From an uncultured Bacilli bacterium (GTDB taxonomy: Bacteria > Bacillota_I > Bacilli_A > RF39 > UBA660), in assembly GCA_947589535.1 (NCBI GenBank), contig CANQAS010000003.1, forward strand, positions 1 through 49,647: a stretch of 49,647 bases of DNA, written 5' to 3'. The notes under the pieces were generated by a model. That model saw only the letters and a program-made list of their open reading frames with translations. It made no database searches and had not been told where the DNA came from. Made by a program: the position numbers and the translations under genes. This document shows positions 45,959 to 49,647 of this stretch, in pieces (positions within the stretch are counted from its first letter, which is position 1; the number at the start of each line of letters is the position of its first letter).

Positions 45959-48677
45959 ATTCTTTCGTTCCTTCTGTAGTAGGTGTAGTAGGTGTTGTTT
46001 TAATATTTAATTTACCACTAACCGTTTTGGTTTTACCATGATATGTAACTTCATATTTAATACTATTATTTGCATGGTTCAAAATATTTATAATAGCATC
46101 ACTAGTTACATCTCCTCCATTATACATAACTATTACATATTTTGTACAATTATTAATTTCGGTTTCTGAATTAATCTCACAGGAATGAGCGATAACCTCA
46201 AAGTCAGATGTAATAGATACTTTATGACTAACACCGTTACTTCTATTATTTTTATAATTAGAGAATGCAGTATAAATTACATATACTGGATTTGAATAAC
46301 TAGTTGTATGTGTATATGAAGTTGAAGTTGTTGTTCCAACATATGTTTCTGAACCGGATTCTCCATCTTTAATGTATATGTCATATCCTAAGGTTCCATA
46401 TGATTCATCAAAATTATATTCAAGAAGTGTACTAGCACTAATACCATTCCAATTAAGAGTAACTGTATTTCCAGAAACTTTACTTGATATTCCGCTAACA
46501 CTTGGTAAGTTTTTTTCTACCACATCTCCAACTTCAGTTGGCCCTGTACCTTTTCTAAAGTATCCTAAAACCCCACCATAATTAGATTTCTTAAGTGGAA
46601 TTGAACCAGATACCACATACATTTCTTCAATGCTAGAAGGTATTTCAAACGTGCTACCATCTTTATCGAATAAGTTGTCTGCTAAGTTTTTATAAAATCT
46701 GTCACGAGTTGTCCAAGAAGCGGTAGTGCTATAATGTTTTTTATCTATTTTATCATATCCATACCACATTGTAAGTGTATATTTAGGAGTATAACCACAT
46801 ACCCATAAGTCGTTTACCGCCCTGCTAGATAATCCGTATTTTTTTCTTGTTGCTTCATCAAAGTTAGATGTACCTGTTTTAGCAGCCGTTGCAACACCAC
46901 CTATATTTGCAGCGCTTTTTGCAAGGCCTTCAGTTGCAGACCAGTTTAAAGAATAATTTATTATATAAGCTGTTGAGTCATACATAACCCTTGTTTTGTT
47001 TGTGTTAGGTTCAACAACTTCATCAGTTTCTTTATATATAAATTTCTTTATTGTGTGCGGTTTTATATAGTAACCACCATTAGAGAAAGCTTGATATGCA
47101 CCAGCCATTGTCATAGGACTGTTTCTTGATTCGCCTTCTTTAGTTGAACCAGTAAATGATCCAATACTATGAGCTTCGTGTATTTTTCCGTTTTCAATTT
47201 CTGGTGTTATTCCTAAACTTGTAGCAAATTTTAAGATTTTATCATTACCAGCTTCTTTGCTTACCTGTTGGAAAGTTTTTAAAGCTGTAATATTTCTAGA
47301 TAAACCAAGTGCTTGGTAAAGAGGAAGCCTTCCTTTATATCCACCATCTGAGTTAGATATTTTTGTTCCATTACTATATGTTGTAGGTGTATCATCGATA
47401 TAGTTAACAGTTCCCCAACCTAAGTATTCAATAGCAGGAGCATAATCGAATATAGGTTTAGCGGTTGATCCTATTTGTCTATTAGTTTGGGTAGCGTAGT
47501 TAAATGACCTTTCAGTATTTTTGTTTCTACCAGCTCCAACCGCTATTACTTCGCCAGTAGAAGATTCGGTCATTACAATACCTGATTGCGCCATTTCATT
47601 TTCCCAATTCCATGCTTCACCATTCATAACTTTATTAATGAAGTCTTGCTTAGATTTATTCATTGCTGTATATATTTTTAACGGTGTTGTGTATGGATTT
47701 AAATTATATTCGCTTTCTAATTCTTCGACTACGGTATCAATATAACCTTGATATTCTGAATATTTACTATCAGTTTGTACACTTTTTACCAATGATGTAA
47801 TTGGTATTGATTGTGCTATTTCTTTTTCATTCGCAGTTATGTATCCATGTCTTTGCATTAAATATAAAACAGTTTGTCTTCTTTTTTCAGCTCTTTCAGG
47901 ATAGTTGTATGGATTATAGTATGTTGGTGATTGGAACAAACCTGCTATAAATGATGCTTCGGCGAGATTTAAATCTCCAACTGATTTTCCAAAGTAGTTA
48001 AGGGAAGCTTGTTCAACACCATATGCTCCATTTCCTAAGTAAGAGTCATTTACATAAAACTCAATTATTTCTTTTTTTGTATATTTTCTTTCTACTTTAA
48101 ATATTGATAAATATATATCAGTGAATTTTCTAACTATTCCTTTAAAACCTGATGCTTCAGTAGATGTATAGTTATTTTTTACTATTTGCATGGTTAAGGT
48201 AGAAGCTCCTCCTGAGTTTTTACCAATAAGTTGCCCTAAACTGGCCTTAGCAAATCTAGCTGCATCAAATCCGTTATGTTGAAAAAATTTAGAATCTTCT
48301 GTTGCGATTATCGCATCAATTAAAACTTCAGGCAGATCATCATAAGTGATTTCTGTTCGGTTTTCATTTCCCATTTTTTCTATTAAGTTTCCATCTGCAT
48401 CATATAATTCAGACATTTTTGTAAATTTCAAATTATTAGGATCAAACTTAGGTGCTTTTATTATTACATATGAAAAAAATACTAACATAATAGATACAAA
48501 AGCAATTATACATACTAATAAAATATTCAAAATCATTTTTTTCTTTTTACTAATACTTTGATTTTTTACTTTTTTAATTGCTTTGCTATTATTAACTTTT
48601 CGTCTTACGTTGTTAGTTTTGGTTTTAATATTATTAGCTATTTTACTTCCGGATGTTTTAGTTCTTTTCTTCATCAT
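45957..48677 (-). CDS. ponA: Bifunctional class A penicillin-binding protein (PBP1A/1B: glycosyltransferase GT51 plus transpeptidase) with a Thr/Pro-rich C-terminal extension
   Basis: GT51 motifs EDSKFFQHNGFD, GGASTLTMQ, RKFTD. Transpeptidase motifs STAKP, SNS and KTGTS. The C-terminus ends TTPTTPTTEGTKE. The ATG at 48677 is 8 nt after GGAGG, overlapping the recU 3' end. Confidence 0.95.
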   Translation of the reverse strand: MMKKRTKTSGSKIANNIKTKTNNVRRKVNNSKAIKKVKNQSISKKKKMILNILLVCIIAFVSIMLVFFSYVIIKAPKFDPNNLKFTKMSELYDADGNLIEKMGNENRTEITYDDLPEVLIDAIIATEDSKFFQHNGFDAARFAKASLGQLIGKNSGGASTLTMQIVKNNYTSTEASGFKGIVRKFTDIYLSIFKVERKYTKKEIIEFYVNDSYLGNGAYGVEQASLNYFGKSVGDLNLAEASFIAGLFQSPTYYNPYNYPERAEKRRQTVLYLMQRHGYITANEKEIAQSIPITSLVKSVQTDSKYSEYQGYIDTVVEELESEYNLNPYTTPLKIYTAMNKSKQDFINKVMNGEAWNWENEMAQSGIVMTESSTGEVIAVGAGRNKNTERSFNYATQTNRQIGSTAKPIFDYAPAIEYLGWGTVNYIDDTPTTYSNGTKISNSDGGYKGRLPLYQALGLSRNITALKTFQQVSKEAGNDKILKFATSLGITPEIENGKIHEAHSIGSFTGSTKEGESRNSPMTMAGAYQAFSNGGYYIKPHTIKKFIYKETDEVVEPNTNKTRVMYDSTAYIINYSLNWSATEGLAKSAANIGGVATAAKTGTSNFDEATRKKYGLSSRAVNDLWVCGYTPKYTLTMWYGYDKIDKKHYSTTASWTTRDRFYKNLADNLFDKDGSTFEIPSSIEEMYVVSGSIPLKKSNYGGVLGYFRKGTGPTEVGDVVEKNLPSVSGISSKVSGNTVTLNWNGISASTLLEYNFDESYGTLGYDIYIKDGESGSETYVGTTTSTSYTHTTSYSNPVYVIYTAFSNYKNNRSNGVSHKVSITSDFEVIAHSCEINSETEINNCTKYVIVMYNGGDVTSDAIINILNHANNSIKYEVTYHGKTKTVSGKLNIKTTPTTPTTEGTKE

Positions 48678-49254
48678 GGTTATTACCTCCAAAATATAAT
48701 TTGTTTATTACTTCTATATAGTCAATTCTAGGTGCATATTTTACTTTAATCATTATACCATATTCTTTAAAGAAATTTATAGGAATTGATTTTCTTTCAT
48801 TATTATTTAAAAAGTCTTCTAATTTTTCCGTACTTAAGTAATATGTTTCATCAAGTACTGTGAACCTAACTATTAAAAAGGATATTGCACCTTTATTTTT
48901 AACGTTTATTAAGTGCTCAATTTGATGTTTATGAATATTTGATAGTGAAAAAGAAGTTTTACTAGTTGTTTCCTTAGCTTCAAAATCAATATATTTACCA
49001 TTATAGATACCATTATAATCGGTAGTTGATGGCGTTTCAAAATAAGCTTCGTTAATTATTCCCATTTTGTAATCTACTTTAACTAATTTAATAGGTGTAG
49101 GCTTTTTATATATATATGCTATGTCATGAATTTTATAATATTCATTAGCTAAATTTATATCACTTTCAAGTCCCATACCACGGTTAGCAAAACCGGTTTT
49201 GACATTATTGGTTTTAGTTTTATTAAACCTTGTATAAGAGTAGTTTTTAATCAT
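48658..49254 (-). CDS. recU: Holliday junction resolvase RecU
   Basis: ANRGMGLESDIN...YIDFEAKET...HQIEHL pattern of RecU. The recU-ponA arrangement is conserved. Confidence 0.9.
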   Translation of the reverse strand: MIKNYSYTRFNKTKTNNVKTGFANRGMGLESDINLANEYYKIHDIAYIYKKPTPIKLVKVDYKMGIINEAYFETPSTTDYNGIYNGKYIDFEAKETTSKTSFSLSNIHKHQIEHLINVKNKGAISFLIVRFTVLDETYYLSTEKLEDFLNNNERKSIPINFFKEYGIMIKVKYAPRIDYIEVINKLYFGGNNHDEEKN

Positions 49255-49481
49255 CTTATCACCAATAATAATTATACTACAAATAATAAATATTTTAATA
49301 ATAAAAATGAAAAGAATTGTCGATTTTATTTTTTAATAATTTTAATATGCTAACATAAATTTAGGAGGCACTTATGAAAGATTATAGTTTAATTTTTATT
49401 TTGATTGACGATTTAATAGAAGATGTAAAAGAAATAGAAGAAAATTTAATTATTTCTCATAAGATTAAATAGGTGATATGT

Positions 49482-49647
49482 TTGGAAGAAATAAAAAATA
49501 TTTATAATTTGTTACCCCATATTTTTTGTGTATGGATAGTTTTAAATATATTAGGAAACACGATAAAAATGACGTTTAATATTCCTGGTAAATATATTAT
49601 TTTGATATTACTACCAGTAAGTGTCATTATAAATTTCTTGTTTTTTG
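49482..49647 (+). CDS. Possible start of a small hydrophobic membrane protein (runs off the window)
   Basis: TTG after aggtga. The translation LEEIKNIYNLLPHIFCVWIVLNILGNTIKMTFNIPGKYIILILLPVSVIINFLFF is hydrophobic. No family recognised. Confidence 0.3.
   Translation, partial: MEEIKNIYNLLPHIFCVWIVLNILGNTIKMTFNIPGKYIILILLPVSVIINFLFF

Noticed and set aside
1453-48561. About 30 short ORFs (60-100 aa) in the track that lie antisense to or inside longer genes. Examples: 1453-1656, 1831-2031, 3788-3979, 5716-5955, 6674-6901, 9785-9988, 10121-10429, 11114-11338, 12108-12383, 13405-13626, 15952-16137, 20874-21080, 23179-23454, 24339-24530, 24617-24835, 26973-27212, 29624-29872, 30401-30625, 36130-36357, 36752-37000, 37070-37342, 37912-38109, 38130-38369, 39123-39329, 42736-42957, 43731-44006, 44352-44552, 46372-46581, 47521-47745, 48346-48561.
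   Set aside because: They overlap well-supported genes with clear domain content, lack RBSs, and have the Leu/Ser/Phe/Ile-rich composition expected of shadow frames in AT-rich DNA.
49374-49472. 32-aa ORF (MKDYSLIFILIDDLIEDVKEIEENLIISHKIK) behind an AGGAGG RBS, divergent from recU.
   Set aside because: It could be a real small protein, but it is too short and featureless to support from sequence alone, so it is not listed as a feature.
1-49647. I searched by eye for CRISPR arrays, tRNA/rRNA genes, transposases, integrases, and direct repeats at the island borders (22354-22640 versus 43651-43767).
   Set aside because: No regularly spaced repeats, no GC-rich structured RNA genes, no recombinase-like ORFs and no shared border repeats were seen. 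A computational repeat search would be needed to exclude short att sites.

Overview
Very AT-rich chromosomal segment from an endospore-forming Firmicute (Bacillota). Evidence is spoIVA, spoVIF, yunB and an alpha/beta-type SASP gene, with matching sporulation-sigma promoter motifs. The backbone is housekeeping and, from my memory of the Bacillus subtilis map, collinear with its recU-ponA ... dnaD ... cca ... hbs-spoIVA ... der region. Backbone genes: a NitT/TauT-type ABC importer, a VanW-domain protein, pcrA, rluB, ferredoxin, ackA, nrnA, a MYG1-family protein, engB, der, spoIVA, hup, cca, dnaD, ponA and recU. Between spoIVA (ends 22353) and hup (starts 43768) lies about 21 kb of accessory DNA, made up of four parts. 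(i) A divergent pair: a wHTH-metallophosphoesterase fusion and an orphan protein. (ii) A 16-kb ABC-transporter-dependent cell-surface glycopolymer locus: GT4 and GT2 transferases, glf, a GtrB-like GT2 plus GT-C membrane transferase, TagG/TagH-like exporter, a HAD-fusion protein, a nucleotide-sugar dehydrogenase, an ATP-grasp ligase and GtrA. (iii) Decayed gene remnants: a gtrB 3' end and a dinD-like pseudogene. (iv) An LPNTG-anchored, probably thioester-domain, adhesin with its own sortase. The most unusual non-coding signal is a 19-bp perfect inverted repeat bracketing 217 bp (31260-31514) directly upstream of the exporter sub-operon. The same arms occur as a compact terminator hairpin at 27602-27640, so this is either a candidate invertible (phase-variable) switch or an insertion into a hairpin loop. 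A ~55-bp terminator/extended -10 promoter module is reused at sub-operon starts. Several lineage-specific orphan proteins sit among the core genes: a Cys-rich protein after der, a zinc-ribbon/HExxH protein before spoIVA, and a 591-aa coiled-coil protein with a small acidic partner. No rRNA, tRNA, CRISPR array, transposase or integrase was found. All domain calls come from reading motifs in the translations; no database search was run.
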